The notes beneath the pieces were generated by a model, which saw only the letters and a program-made list of their open reading frames with translations, was not told where the DNA came from and did no database searches. The translations under genes were made by a program, and so were the position numbers. 64,000 bases of DNA from Clostridia bacterium (GTDB lineage Bacteria > Bacillota > Clostridia > Christensenellales > CAG-917). This document shows positions 8,801-17,200 of this stretch, one piece after another (positions within the stretch are counted from its first letter, which is position 1; each line of letters starts with the position of its first letter). Where the stretch lies: NCBI GenBank assembly GCA_017461985.1, contig JAFTSA010000006.1, positions 110 through 64,109 on the forward strand, given 5' to 3'.

Positions 8801-11145
8801 TGTTTGCAGTGCTTGAAACAAAGAGTGCTCGCATCAACAGCGCAATCGGCTTGCCCACCGAATATCTCTTTGACGGCGTAGCAGTTGACTTTGTGTCAGT
8901 TTGGGATAGCCTCGGTCTACTCAATGCAGGCAAGACGCATATCGTTGACGGCAAAATCGTGGTGAGAAGTGACGGAGTTGAAAGCAAGGAAGACCTTGCT
9001 GTCACAGACGTCATCTCAATTGCAGGAGGCAGAGAAGTGGCTCTTGACGGCGCCGTTGGCGAAGGCAAGACAATGTCCTTCAAGGTGGACGGCGTACAAG
9101 CAGAGGGCTATACATACAGCGTCTATCCTGCAATCAAAGCAAGCACAATGGCAGTCTGGTACGTGGCGGACGACGGCACTGAAGTGGAAGGTCTGCCCAC
9201 TTTCTATACCACACAATCCAACTTCAACGAAGAAGGCTACGTCATCAAGATCAAGTTCAACTACAACAACGCAACGGGAAGCCAAGGCGAAATCCTCCTC
9301 ACCGACGATATGGTGACCGTCACCGGCTACACCCCTGTGTACGGCGTCAACAAGACTCTCCAAATCGACGTTGACTATCATGGACTTGCCGTATATAGAG
9401 TCAACGCAGAGTACTCTGTCAAGAAACCTCAAAGTGTCAGCATTGAGCAATGCTCAGAGATGGCAATTTCAATCAATGCATTGACCGCAGAAATCAACTC
9501 TGTGGCAAGAAACGTCATCCTCAAAGTGACCATGAGCGACGGCACGTTCAAGTACGTCAACATTGACGGAAAGGCAACCTTCATTGCAGTAGTTGATGCA
9601 ATCAACAGAAACGCAACCGCAGAGGAAGTGTCACTTGACACAACCAACCTTGGCTATCACACAGTTGGTCTCCGCTACGGCGCACCTGGTGACTACGTCT
9701 ATTGCACGGTGCTTTACTCAGTCACCTTGAACACAGACGGCTCAATGTTCAACTACACCATTGACGGCGACACAGCAACAATCACCAGTGTCAAGTCAGG
9801 CTATGACTCAACCATTGCAATCCCTGCAAGAGTCCGCCTCACAGACAACGGTGTCTATAACCCCGACAGCGCAAACGAATACACAGTTGTTGCAATCGGT
9901 GACGGCGCATTTAAGGATAGAACAGGTCTTGAATACGTCTATATCCCCGCAACCATCAAGGCAATCGGCAACGAAGCCTTTATGGGTTGCACAGACTTGA
10001 AGCAAATCCGCTCATTCACCGTGACAGAAGCAATTGACTGCGGTCTTAGCACAGGTCTTGTTACATTTACCGAGCAACAAGCAAAATATCTTGGTGAAGT
10101 GACAATCACCGGCGTTGCAGAGGGTGTCAAGGGCGAGATTGAAATCCCCGCAACAGTCACTTACAACAAAGTCCTTGTGGGCGCAGGGGCAGACGGCGTT
10201 GACCTTGACGCAACTTACGTCCTTGACGTAAAACTTGGTGAAGGCGCACTTGACGGCTACAACGGCGCAATCGTCCTCCCCGACACTGAATACTTCCGTG
10301 GATATGCAGAAGCAAACCTCCAAGGCAAGAACGTCACCTTCTACACCGAAGGCAACGGCGACAAGGCATCAAACTTTGTGTTCAGCAACTATGACAACCC
10401 CGTCATCACCTACGCATATATGACTGGCGACGTCATCATCAACTACAGAGCAAAATTCACCGTCACTGACGGCGTCATCGTCATCCCCGAATCAATGGTT
10501 GGCTCACAACCTGCCGAAGGCAGTTCATATGCATTCGAATATGACTACAACATCATCGGCATCAAAGAGCAAGCCTTTGCAAGAGCATATGAAGATGGTA
10601 TGAGAACAATCTATCTTCCCAACTCACTGCGCTACTACGAAGGTGAACTGGAATATCTCTTCGGCACAGGCAACTACGACAAGGTGACACAACACGTCTA
10701 CGACGTGAGAGAAGATGCAATCTATGCACCCAGCAATGCATTCCCCAACGTGGAAACCATCGGCAACAAGGCATTCTACGGATGCACAAGCCTCGGCGAC
10801 CTTGATTTCAGCCTTGCAACAGACCTCAACCACCTTGGCAACTACGCCTTCTACGGATGCACCGCAGTGGTCAATATGGACCTCAGCGCAACCAAGATTA
10901 CAGCAATTGAAGCATCAACCTTCAGTGGATGCACAGCACTTGAAGAAGTCAAACTGCCCACCACCGTCACCGAAATCGGCGACTTGGCATTTGACTGGTG
11001 CACCGCTCTCACAAAGGTTGAAGGCACTGCAAGCGTCACCTACATCGGCGCATACGCCTTCCACAACTGCACCGCATTGACCACCATATCAGTGCCCGCA
11101 GGTGCAACCGTGGCAGACACCGCCTTTGACGGCACAAATCTGTGA
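5890..11145 (+). CDS. Giant surface lipoprotein with BspA-type leucine-rich repeats and Listeria-Bacteroides repeat domains
   Basis: 1751 aa from ATG 5890 (MRKTVKTLLILLLVTLFTCVFVAC, lipobox). The track ORF start at 5596 lies inside the upstream gene/terminator. Gly/Asp/Ser linker, GW..W repeat modules (e.g. YTFAGWRT...LYAMW) and many LRR_5-like units (AF.gCt.L..v.iP..v..Ig..AF). Confidence 0.85.
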   Translation: MRKTVKTLLILLLVTLFTCVFVACGEVEAEPIEDVPPPTHVGGNGSNSGDGGSGDGGDGGDGGNVDVAPVDPTSGTPVYLTFSYLKQAPSVFKHIYVEDFDIADIEYHVTYECIVNGKKQYLAGEGTPLSMDLLTKESRDRLENFGKNGEISGHFFIFVEYDAEYTDAEGNVKTKTVEGSFAMHMKTKAALLEFVELKFKLNGGYSLFGNYSKADGGTSTIVVEKGQTWTWNEFITDFPVYKAGYAIDSVTVGGKTYNASSTDTITIKDDATISVGWTENVMPITFDINLPDGVTTWAPVDKNLLTNFNEANGTWSVDVEKGEGFIPRPSVNNIATIPGYTFAGWRTANGTVWNFNRRAGDEAFTLYAMWTIRTYSVKFVLMGGEFNANKGYTDTAIASLKKAGIDVNYALGYGPEDPEYDPDSTRDLLAFKPYIVTFTGIPYGANLADYFATCKVRSDSEGLISISADPAILATQITKSEGCYEVDGWYTESSYNGDELYTAGAVTEDLVLYPKWSLREGLGEQELNEYFAKKLFNYTVKSDGTLRIDLIIDSSVSELVIPDSVYIDGKKYTVTEIGEGAIMNIKTLITVDLSGAKSLTRIGRNAFAYCPNLREVIIPDTGLNVTYIGENAFRGTEFINSYKTATGYDFAVIGSVLVKYVGDTAVTEINVDTTNVLLANVDTIAPGAFSELTALETVTIGDGIKFIYDKAFYKDTALATVLGGGGLEYVASDAFDQTAYVSTRPVDDPATLTDESTFLRIGSIYYRYVGTGKSAEIPEGVKVIAPNAFSTGHLIENITFGDASQIKSIGTDAFANTKWISENHTTAETGDANTFVQDGFVVINGILIAKRGRDAVVELPDLVRVIATGAFDNAYVTNLTITADSHLELIERDAFNGASNLKALSFINATDNVFVNFNDGAFSNENGEVINDEFKIYLYQAPITTLGTAVSDSDSDAVKAWKELYKGASEMFAVLETKSARINSAIGLPTEYLFDGVAVDFVSVWDSLGLLNAGKTHIVDGKIVVRSDGVESKEDLAVTDVISIAGGREVALDGAVGEGKTMSFKVDGVQAEGYTYSVYPAIKASTMAVWYVADDGTEVEGLPTFYTTQSNFNEEGYVIKIKFNYNNATGSQGEILLTDDMVTVTGYTPVYGVNKTLQIDVDYHGLAVYRVNAEYSVKKPQSVSIEQCSEMAISINALTAEINSVARNVILKVTMSDGTFKYVNIDGKATFIAVVDAINRNATAEEVSLDTTNLGYHTVGLRYGAPGDYVYCTVLYSVTLNTDGSMFNYTIDGDTATITSVKSGYDSTIAIPARVRLTDNGVYNPDSANEYTVVAIGDGAFKDRTGLEYVYIPATIKAIGNEAFMGCTDLKQIRSFTVTEAIDCGLSTGLVTFTEQQAKYLGEVTITGVAEGVKGEIEIPATVTYNKVLVGAGADGVDLDATYVLDVKLGEGALDGYNGAIVLPDTEYFRGYAEANLQGKNVTFYTEGNGDKASNFVFSNYDNPVITYAYMTGDVIINYRAKFTVTDGVIVIPESMVGSQPAEGSSYAFEYDYNIIGIKEQAFARAYEDGMRTIYLPNSLRYYEGELEYLFGTGNYDKVTQHVYDVREDAIYAPSNAFPNVETIGNKAFYGCTSLGDLDFSLATDLNHLGNYAFYGCTAVVNMDLSATKITAIEASTFSGCTALEEVKLPTTVTEIGDLAFDWCTALTKVEGTASVTYIGAYAFHNCTALTTISVPAGATVADTAFDGTNL

Positions 11146-11152
11146 GGTGAAT

Positions 11153-11554
11153 ATGAAAGTTCTTGTCACACTGGGCAACAGAATGAACGATGACGGCACA
11201 CTGTCAAACGCTATGCTTGACCGCCTCAACAAAACCCTTGAGGTGGAAAATGACTATGACAAAGTCATAGTCACAGGTGGCATTGCCAACCCTAAAGCAG
11301 GAGTTGCAGAAGGGGACAAGATGTGTGAGTGGCTTGTTGAGCACGGCGTCAACCCCGACAAAATCTTGGTTGAAAACCGCTCGTTGACTACAAAGGAAAA
11401 CGCCAAATACACCGCACAAATCTTGGCAGAAATCGGCGTCAATGAAATCACCCTTCTTTCAAGTGCCTATCACATTGACAGATGGTATCTCAACCCTTCA
11501 AAGCTTTTCAAAAAGTACGCGAAGGTGACAATCGCAGGCACAATCAAAGCCTAA
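11153..11554 (+). CDS. DUF218 / YdcF-family protein
   Basis: 133 aa from ATG 11153 (GAGGTG RBS). Pattern VTGG...EGD.M..WL...GV....I..E..S.TT.ENA is typical of DUF218. Confidence 0.65.
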   Translation: MKVLVTLGNRMNDDGTLSNAMLDRLNKTLEVENDYDKVIVTGGIANPKAGVAEGDKMCEWLVEHGVNPDKILVENRSLTTKENAKYTAQILAEIGVNEITLLSSAYHIDRWYLNPSKLFKKYAKVTIAGTIKA

Positions 11555-11601
11555 ATCAAATTCAAAAGGGCAACGGGCAACTCCCGTTGCCTTTATACGT
11601 T

Positions 11602-12663
11602 ATGAAACTTTTTTCAAAGAAAGATAAACTTGGCAATATGTCCGTCAGCGACTTTGCTCAATATTTGAAGCAAGTGGAAAAGAGGGACTTCATCATCAAA
11701 ACCGCACTGAAAGTTTTGCTTGTTGCGGTGCTGTTTCAATTCGTTTTTATGCCCCTCACAGGCTTCCTGCCTCGTGTAGAGGAGGGTTGGACAGTGGACA
11801 GCACAAATCCTCATATTTGCTTCCAAAACGGCGCAAAAATCTCTGCACACCGCGCAGGGGGTGACCTTGCTCCTGAGGAAACTATGAGCGCATTCAAACT
11901 CTGTGTTGAAGCCACTGAATATGAGGTGGACATACTGGAGTTTGACTTGCATATGACAAAGGACGGAGAGCTTGTCCTCATGCACGACGACACCGTCAAC
12001 CGCACCTCAAACGCAACAGAGCACTTTGGTGACAAGTCAGTTTATGTCAAGGACAAGACCTTGGCAGAGTTGAAAGAGCTTAACTTTGGCGAAAACTATC
12101 AAGCCCTTGACGGCAGTTATCCTTACCGTGGACTTCGTGGAGATGATATCCCCGAAGACGTCAAAATCCTCACCCTTGACGAAATCCTCACTTACCTCAA
12201 AGGCAAGGATTTGGACTATATCATTGAAATCAAGGACGGCGGAGAATTGGGTGAAAGGGCAATGGACAAACTGTATGACACCATGGTGGAATACAATATC
12301 CTTGACCGCACAATCGTAGGCACTTTTCAAGGCAATGTGACAAAGTATATCGACGAGAAATACCCCGACGTCACAAGAAGTGCAAGCATTGTTGAAGTGT
12401 TGGGATTTTATTTTGCATTCTTATATCGCATAGAGGAAGTCAACTTTGATTTTGACGTTTTGCAAATTCCCCAAGGCTTCAAAGGATTCTTTGACCTTGG
12501 AGCAAAGACCTGCATCGACTACGCTCACGCATCAGGACTTGCAGTGCAATTTTGGACAATCAACGATGCAGAGGACATCGCTCGCCTTGTAGAAAACGGC
12601 GCAGACGTCATCATCACTGACAACCCCGAAACAGCCTACAACGTTATCCGTGGCGAAAATTAG
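11602..12663 (+). CDS. Glycerophosphodiester phosphodiesterase family protein, membrane-anchored
   Basis: GDPD motifs AHRAGG..APEET and FDLHMTKDGELVLMHDDTVNRTS. N-terminal TM helix. Start moved to ATG 11602, downstream of a hairpin. Confidence 0.8.
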   Translation: MKLFSKKDKLGNMSVSDFAQYLKQVEKRDFIIKTALKVLLVAVLFQFVFMPLTGFLPRVEEGWTVDSTNPHICFQNGAKISAHRAGGDLAPEETMSAFKLCVEATEYEVDILEFDLHMTKDGELVLMHDDTVNRTSNATEHFGDKSVYVKDKTLAELKELNFGENYQALDGSYPYRGLRGDDIPEDVKILTLDEILTYLKGKDLDYIIEIKDGGELGERAMDKLYDTMVEYNILDRTIVGTFQGNVTKYIDEKYPDVTRSASIVEVLGFYFAFLYRIEEVNFDFDVLQIPQGFKGFFDLGAKTCIDYAHASGLAVQFWTINDAEDIARLVENGADVIITDNPETAYNVIRGEN

Positions 12664-12745
12664 CGGATGAAACAAGACCATAAATTAGGCAGGAAATCCA
12701 ACCGATAAATCAACTCGGCAAAAGAGAAAAACAATAAGAACAAAA

Positions 12746-12776
12746 ACAAAAAACCGCACATAAAGTGCGGTTTTTG
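12746..12776. terminator. Bidirectional intrinsic terminator
   Basis: A-run, CCGCAC-ATAAA-GTGCGG, T-run. Lies between convergent genes. Confidence 0.75.
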
Positions 12777-12804
12777 TCATTATAAAGTGTCGTTATAGTG
12801 CAAT

Positions 12805-13506
12805 TTAATACAAATAAATTGTCACGTTTGGAATGTGGAAATGTCTATTTGGTGTACAAAAATACTTATATTCCTTATCATAAAGGACAGGATCCAAATC
12901 ATCATACTCAACAAAATCGAACACTAGATTTCTCCACTCATCAATAGAATTAAAGATGGTTTCAAATCCTAGTATTTGAAATTGAAAGTCTGTTGATTCT
13001 AGTCCGAGCATCATAGCAAAAGTTTCATTGGTTAGGTTCTGTGCATTGTCATTTCTAATATATGCGGTTGTGAGATATTCAGTGCCTACCTTATATTCAT
13101 CAATATTGTGTGTTTCTGCCCATTGTGCTTTCAATCTATCACTTTTTGCTACAACATTCAGACGTACCGTCATACCCTCAAAGCCATATACAATGTATAG
13201 TGTCATGTCGTTTTCTACAGGATTGTTTTCGTTGTATAAATTGTACCCATCTGGTGTCCAAGATAAGGCGCAAAGATCGTTATATGCTCCATTAAAAAGA
13301 GGAAATTTGTGAACCTGAAAAACTTGAGCAAGAATAAACGTTTGCCCTTTGACTACTTTGAAAATATATGGATCTCCTGATGCTAAATATCCATGAACCG
13401 TTACAGTGCAATATTCAGCGGTGGGGGCTTTGTTGCATGCAACAAAAAGCACCGCCGTCAGGGCAAGCACAACAACCAACAAAACCACAAAAAACTTATT
13501 CTTCAT
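12805..13506 (-). CDS. Lipoprotein, function unknown (AT-rich, atypical codon usage)
   Basis: 233 aa. Signal peptide with lipobox LFVAC|N. Visibly AT-richer than its neighbours. Confidence 0.65.
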   Translation of the reverse strand: MKNKFFVVLLVVVLALTAVLFVACNKAPTAEYCTVTVHGYLASGDPYIFKVVKGQTFILAQVFQVHKFPLFNGAYNDLCALSWTPDGYNLYNENNPVENDMTLYIVYGFEGMTVRLNVVAKSDRLKAQWAETHNIDEYKVGTEYLTTAYIRNDNAQNLTNETFAMMLGLESTDFQFQILGFETIFNSIDEWRNLVFDFVEYDDLDPVLYDKEYKYFCTPNRHFHIPNVTIYLY

Positions 13507-13574
13507 AATAGGGTACCTCTAGAAGTGAGTCTATATTATATACAATCTAGATTGGTTGTTTATTGGGTTTTGGG

Positions 13575-14327
13575 TTATTCTGCGGAGGTCACCACACTTT
13601 TCAAGAAGGCAAGAACGTAAGCAACGGTGGCTTCACGTTGGGCATTTTTTTCCTCTTGTGTGGCAGGGCCGTCACGGAACATAGTGAGTGTGCCGTCGTC
13701 GTCAAAGGTGCTGAAGGACATATGGCAACCCTCAATCATATGTTGCTCTGAGTCATCAGGTATGCAGAGCTTTGCGTCAGATTTCATATCGGCGGAGAGG
13801 ACGCCGTCCTTTGTGGCTTCAAGAAGGAGCACGGGTATGCTTGCGTCTGCAATGTTGTCTGCGACGTCGACAAGAGGGGCAAGAAGCACAACTCCTGCAA
13901 CTTTGTCACGATTTTCGTTGGTGCGTCTCACTGCAGCACCGCCCCCTTGACTATGTCCGCCCACAAAGAATTTTATGTTGGGGTAGTCGGTGAAGGTGTA
14001 TTCTTCCTCGTCGTAAAAAACGTTGGGGAACATATTTGTGGATATGACCACAAGATAACCTTGCTTTGCAAGAGCGCTTGCAAGATAGTCGTAATGTTCG
14101 GCGGGGATGGCAGTGCCAAGATAAAACAAAAATCCGTGGGTGGCATTGGCATCGGGCACGTAGGTGACGTAGTCTTCATCACTGACAATTTCGTAGGCAT
14201 AGTTGTTGTCTATTGAGTAGTCCACAGGGGGAATAATCTCGGGAGGCTCAGGGGGAGTGCATCCCACAAAAACCGCCATAGAGGTCACAAGAAAAACTGC
14301 CAAAATCAAAACAAGTATCTTTTTCAT
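13575..14327 (-). CDS. Alpha/beta-hydrolase lipoprotein (dienelactone-hydrolase/chlorophyllase-like)
   Basis: 250 aa. Lipobox FVGC|T. Nucleophile elbow GGHSQGGG. Confidence 0.7.
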   Translation of the reverse strand: MKKILVLILAVFLVTSMAVFVGCTPPEPPEIIPPVDYSIDNNYAYEIVSDEDYVTYVPDANATHGFLFYLGTAIPAEHYDYLASALAKQGYLVVISTNMFPNVFYDEEEYTFTDYPNIKFFVGGHSQGGGAAVRRTNENRDKVAGVVLLAPLVDVADNIADASIPVLLLEATKDGVLSADMKSDAKLCIPDDSEQHMIEGCHMSFSTFDDDGTLTMFRDGPATQEEKNAQREATVAYVLAFLKSVVTSAE

Positions 14328-14388
14328 AATTTTCTCCTGCTTTCATTATACCATACACCCACAAACCTAGTCAATGCCGATAATTTTT

Positions 14389-14446
14389 GTGTGCAACAAA
14401 ATAAAAAGGCAGACAAATCGCACTTGCCTGTCTTTTTATGGTGGAG
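14389..14446. repeat. 58-bp direct repeat copy A (terminator-like hairpin plus last 8 nt of tRNA-Ala)
   Basis: GTGTGCAACAAAATAAAAAGGCAGACAAATCGCACTTGCCTGTCTTTTTATGGTGGAG matches 15175-15232 with 3 mismatches. Confidence 0.85.
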
Positions 14447-14514
14447 TGCCGACAAACATAATCGAACACTTAAAATACGCACTAATATACCAAATATATG
14501 AATTGGAATTTGTA

Positions 14515-14934
14515 TTACTCGATTGTGAAATTTTCTGTTTTTAAATCACAATAGTACCTTCCGCTTTCTGCGGAAAATCTCAAAACACAATAGTCGGGAT
14601 CAGTAACACCGCCTTTATAAAATATCGTGTCCCCTTTGCGCCAAATCATATCTTTTGTCTTTTGGTCGGTTAACACTTCCATTTTACCTATTAACATAAC
14701 ACCTGTGTATTTAATCAATCCTTTATGATAGAAGTAAACACTTGCATTTGGATTATCCATATACTGTTTTACTCTCATTGAAGAAGTGTTTGTAGAAAAA
14801 TAAAAGTGATGCAGACCATTGATTTTTCTCGGTCTAAGCATTGCTTTTACATTGGGAAATCCTTCTTCGTCAACAGAACAGATAAATGCAACCTTTTGCT
14901 TCTTGATAAATTCTATAATTTTGTTGTTGTCCAT
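14515..14934 (-). CDS. Pyridoxamine 5'-phosphate oxidase-like FMN-binding protein (general stress protein 26-like)
   Basis: 139 aa from ATG 14934 (GGGAGA RBS). N-terminal pattern I.EFIKKQKVAFICSVDEEGFPNVKAM is typical of the PNPOx split-barrel family. AT-rich. Confidence 0.6.
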   Translation of the reverse strand: MDNNKIIEFIKKQKVAFICSVDEEGFPNVKAMLRPRKINGLHHFYFSTNTSSMRVKQYMDNPNASVYFYHKGLIKYTGVMLIGKMEVLTDQKTKDMIWRKGDTIFYKGGVTDPDYCVLRFSAESGRYYCDLKTENFTIE

Positions 14935-15024
14935 AATATCTCCCATAAATTCTTATTTATCTGTCAGCCATTAATTTAAATATACCACGCAAGACCACAA
15001 AATTCAATAACTATAATATAAGGT

Positions 15025-15045
15025 TGGTGGAGATGAGGGGATTCG
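15025..15045 (-). repeat. Orphan 21-nt copy of the tRNA-Ala 3' end (T-arm half + acceptor + CCA)
   Basis: TGGTGGAGATGAGGGGATTCG is identical to 15225-15245, exactly 200 bp from the intact gene. Confidence 0.85.
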
Positions 15046-15174
15046 TTCTTGCATTTCGCAAGACAAAAATGCTTGTATATGCGTATGTCTTGCTCAATGC
15101 TTCGGTCATCGCTAAAAATGATGGGTGTCCACCATTTTTTTTTGACGCTTTTGTTCGAACCCCCTCAACATTTG

Positions 15175-15232
15175 GTGTGCAGCAAAATAAAAAGGCAGGC
15201 AAATTGCACTTGCCTGTCTTTTTATGGTGGAG
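15175..15232. repeat. 58-bp direct repeat copy C (tRNA terminator plus first 8 nt of the tRNA 3' end)
   Basis: See copy A. Here it is contiguous with the intact tRNA. Confidence 0.85.
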
Positions 15233-15300
15233 ATGAGGGGATTCGAACCCCTGGCCTATGCGTTGCGAACGCATCGCTCTACCAACTGAGCCACACCCCC
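15225..15300 (-). tRNA. tRNA-Ala (anticodon CGC), CCA encoded
   Basis: Hand-folded cloverleaf. Acceptor GGGGGUG/CAUCUCC with G3:U70. D arm GCUC-AGUUGGUA-GAGC. Anticodon stem AUGCG/CGCAU with loop UUCGCAA. T arm AGGGG-UUCGAAU-CCCCU. 3' ACCA. Confidence 0.9.
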
Positions 15301-15315
15301 ACGACATATTTTCGT

Positions 15316-15333
15316 CAACTGAGCCACACCCCC
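15316..15333 (-). repeat. Orphan 18-nt copy of the tRNA-Ala 5' end (acceptor + D-arm start)
   Basis: CAACTGAGCCACACCCCC is identical to 15283-15300, 33 bp away. Confidence 0.8.
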
Positions 15334-15420
15334 AAAAAAGAGAGTATTTTGATGACGGAATATATATTACACCATAATTTTGTTTTATTCAAGCAAACAC
15401 GGTCAATTTGTCTGTTAAGC

Positions 15421-15456
15421 AAAATAAAAAGCACTGCAAGCGCAGTGCTTTTTTTG
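15421..15456 (-). terminator. Intrinsic terminator downstream of the AcnX operon
   Basis: GCACTGC-AAGC-GCAGTGC flanked by A- and T-runs. Confidence 0.75.
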
Positions 15457-15470
15457 TTGGTTGATGATGA

Positions 15471-15914
15471 TTAATACACTTCAACGATGCCGTCGGGCTT
15501 GACAACAATCTTCATGCCGTCTTTGACGTAGGAGAGGAATTCATCGCCAAGAGAGTCGATGACGGGCATTGTGATGCCGTCCACCCACACGTCTGCAAGG
15601 ACTGCGCCTGCTGCTGCAAGTGAGTCAATGGGGTTGGCAAAAAGCATACAAGCGGGGTTTTTGTGCAGTGCACAAGCGCAGTAGAGCACAAGACCGCCCG
15701 TTGTTGAGCCGATTGTTTGAGGGAGGCAAAGAGCCTTGTTGATGAGGGGTTTGCCATAAAGTTGCTTGTTGCTTTGGTCGCCACACTTGACTTCGTCATC
15801 ACCAAATTGGAGAGCCATTTGGAAGGATGCGAGGGTGTTGAAACCTTCTGTTGTGACAACTGCTTCTGCGGTCACTTCACCGGGAGTGACAACTCTACCT
15901 TTGAATTGTTTCAT
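15471..15914 (-). CDS. Aconitase X swivel-domain protein (DUF126, AcnX small subunit)
   Basis: 147 aa. Pattern G.vv.PGEv.aEavv..EgF..l and P.tiGSTtG is typical of DUF126. Overlaps the upstream DUF521 gene by 1 nt. Confidence 0.7.
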   Translation of the reverse strand: MKQFKGRVVTPGEVTAEAVVTTEGFNTLASFQMALQFGDDEVKCGDQSNKQLYGKPLINKALCLPQTIGSTTGGLVLYCACALHKNPACMLFANPIDSLAAAGAVLADVWVDGITMPVIDSLGDEFLSYVKDGMKIVVKPDGIVEVY

Positions 15915-17188
15915 CAGTTTTTACCTCCTGTGATAGTGTTCAAAATTTCGCCGTCAGTGTAGTATCTTGCACTTGTGTAGGTGCGGAGTTTGTTTGATGA
16001 GGTGATGACGGGCATTTTTTTGCAGAGGGGGTTGTTCATATACATAAGAGGGCAGATGTATGAAGTGATGACACCGGTTGCTTTAAGGCGAGGTGCATAT
16101 TCTGTGCCGTTGAACGCTTCAAGGACTGCAGGAGATGCGGTGAAGACGGTGGGGATTGTCACCTTCTTCTTGCCGTTTGCTTTGAGTGATGCTTCAATCT
16201 TCACTGTCCAGTCTTTCAGTTGTTCAAGGGAGAGGTGAGGGCAACCGACAAAGCAGAGTTTGGGTTTTGCATCGGGGTTTTTCCAGATGACGGGATAGCC
16301 CTTTTGCACTCTTTCAAGTTCTGCGTCGTCAATGACGTATTCCTTTGCGCCTTCTGCGATGAGGCTTTCGCCAAGTTCAACTGCTTCGGGGGTGAGGTTT
16401 GCGATGTGATAGAGGCCAACTGCGCCGTTTGATGCGGTTGCTGCGCCAAAGTCTTTGAGGTATGCGCAAGCGGAGTCGGTGAGTTCAGTGCCAATCCACT
16501 TGTCAAGGCCAACAACGTAAGGCACGTCTTCCATAACCTTCATGCCGATTGCAGAGCCAAGGAGTTGTGCTTCGGGTTTCTTTGTGGTGTTGACTTTGAC
16601 CACCCAAGTTGCCTTACGGCCTTCGTCTGTGAGAAGTCCAAAGTAAGGCACGTAGCCAACGATTGAGCCCATAATGTCGATGATGCCTGAGTTGCGGTTG
16701 CATCTTGCGCCCAAAACTGAGTTGGCATAGACAACGGCTGATGATTCTGCCCAAGAGAGGACTTCGCCTTTTGCGGGCTTGTTGCCCACTTCGTCCATAT
16801 AGCAAGTGCAGGTGAATGCCTTGTCGTCAATGAGACCCAACTTTTCAAGTTGACCTTCATAGAAGTCTTGTTTTGAATACATAAACTTGTTGAAAATCAG
16901 GTTTTGCAAGAAGTTGGCGGGGACGTTTTTGTCAATAGGGCGGGGGTCAACAGAGAACTTTTGTCCTGAGGACACGCCTGCGTCAAGAAGTTGTTGCATA
17001 AGGTCGTAGACGGGGGACATAACTTTCAGTCCAAATGACGTCACGAGGTGGTTGTATTTTGAGGTGATAGGCACAAGTTTTTCTGCGCCGAAGGCGTCAC
17101 CGTACATGACGAGGGTCTTCATGACCTTTGCCATGGTTTCGCCTTTTTCACCGTTCAGTATGGCTTGTTGTTCAGTTGTGAGAATCAT
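15914..17188 (-). CDS. Aconitase X catalytic-domain protein (DUF521, AcnX large subunit)
   Basis: 424 aa. N-terminus L..EQQAILNGEKGETMAKVMKTLV.YGDAFGAEKLVPI is typical of DUF521. Confidence 0.7.
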   Translation of the reverse strand: MILTTEQQAILNGEKGETMAKVMKTLVMYGDAFGAEKLVPITSKYNHLVTSFGLKVMSPVYDLMQQLLDAGVSSGQKFSVDPRPIDKNVPANFLQNLIFNKFMYSKQDFYEGQLEKLGLIDDKAFTCTCYMDEVGNKPAKGEVLSWAESSAVVYANSVLGARCNRNSGIIDIMGSIVGYVPYFGLLTDEGRKATWVVKVNTTKKPEAQLLGSAIGMKVMEDVPYVVGLDKWIGTELTDSACAYLKDFGAATASNGAVGLYHIANLTPEAVELGESLIAEGAKEYVIDDAELERVQKGYPVIWKNPDAKPKLCFVGCPHLSLEQLKDWTVKIEASLKANGKKKVTIPTVFTASPAVLEAFNGTEYAPRLKATGVITSYICPLMYMNNPLCKKMPVITSSNKLRTYTSARYYTDGEILNTITGGKN

Positions 17189-17200
17189 ATTTTCCTCCTA

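Noticed and set aside
15011-15474. ORFs 15011..15307 (-), 15024..15236 (+) and 15049..15474 (+).
   Set aside because: They run through the tRNA-Ala gene, its terminator and the tRNA-fragment repeats. They have no RBS and no coding-like composition.
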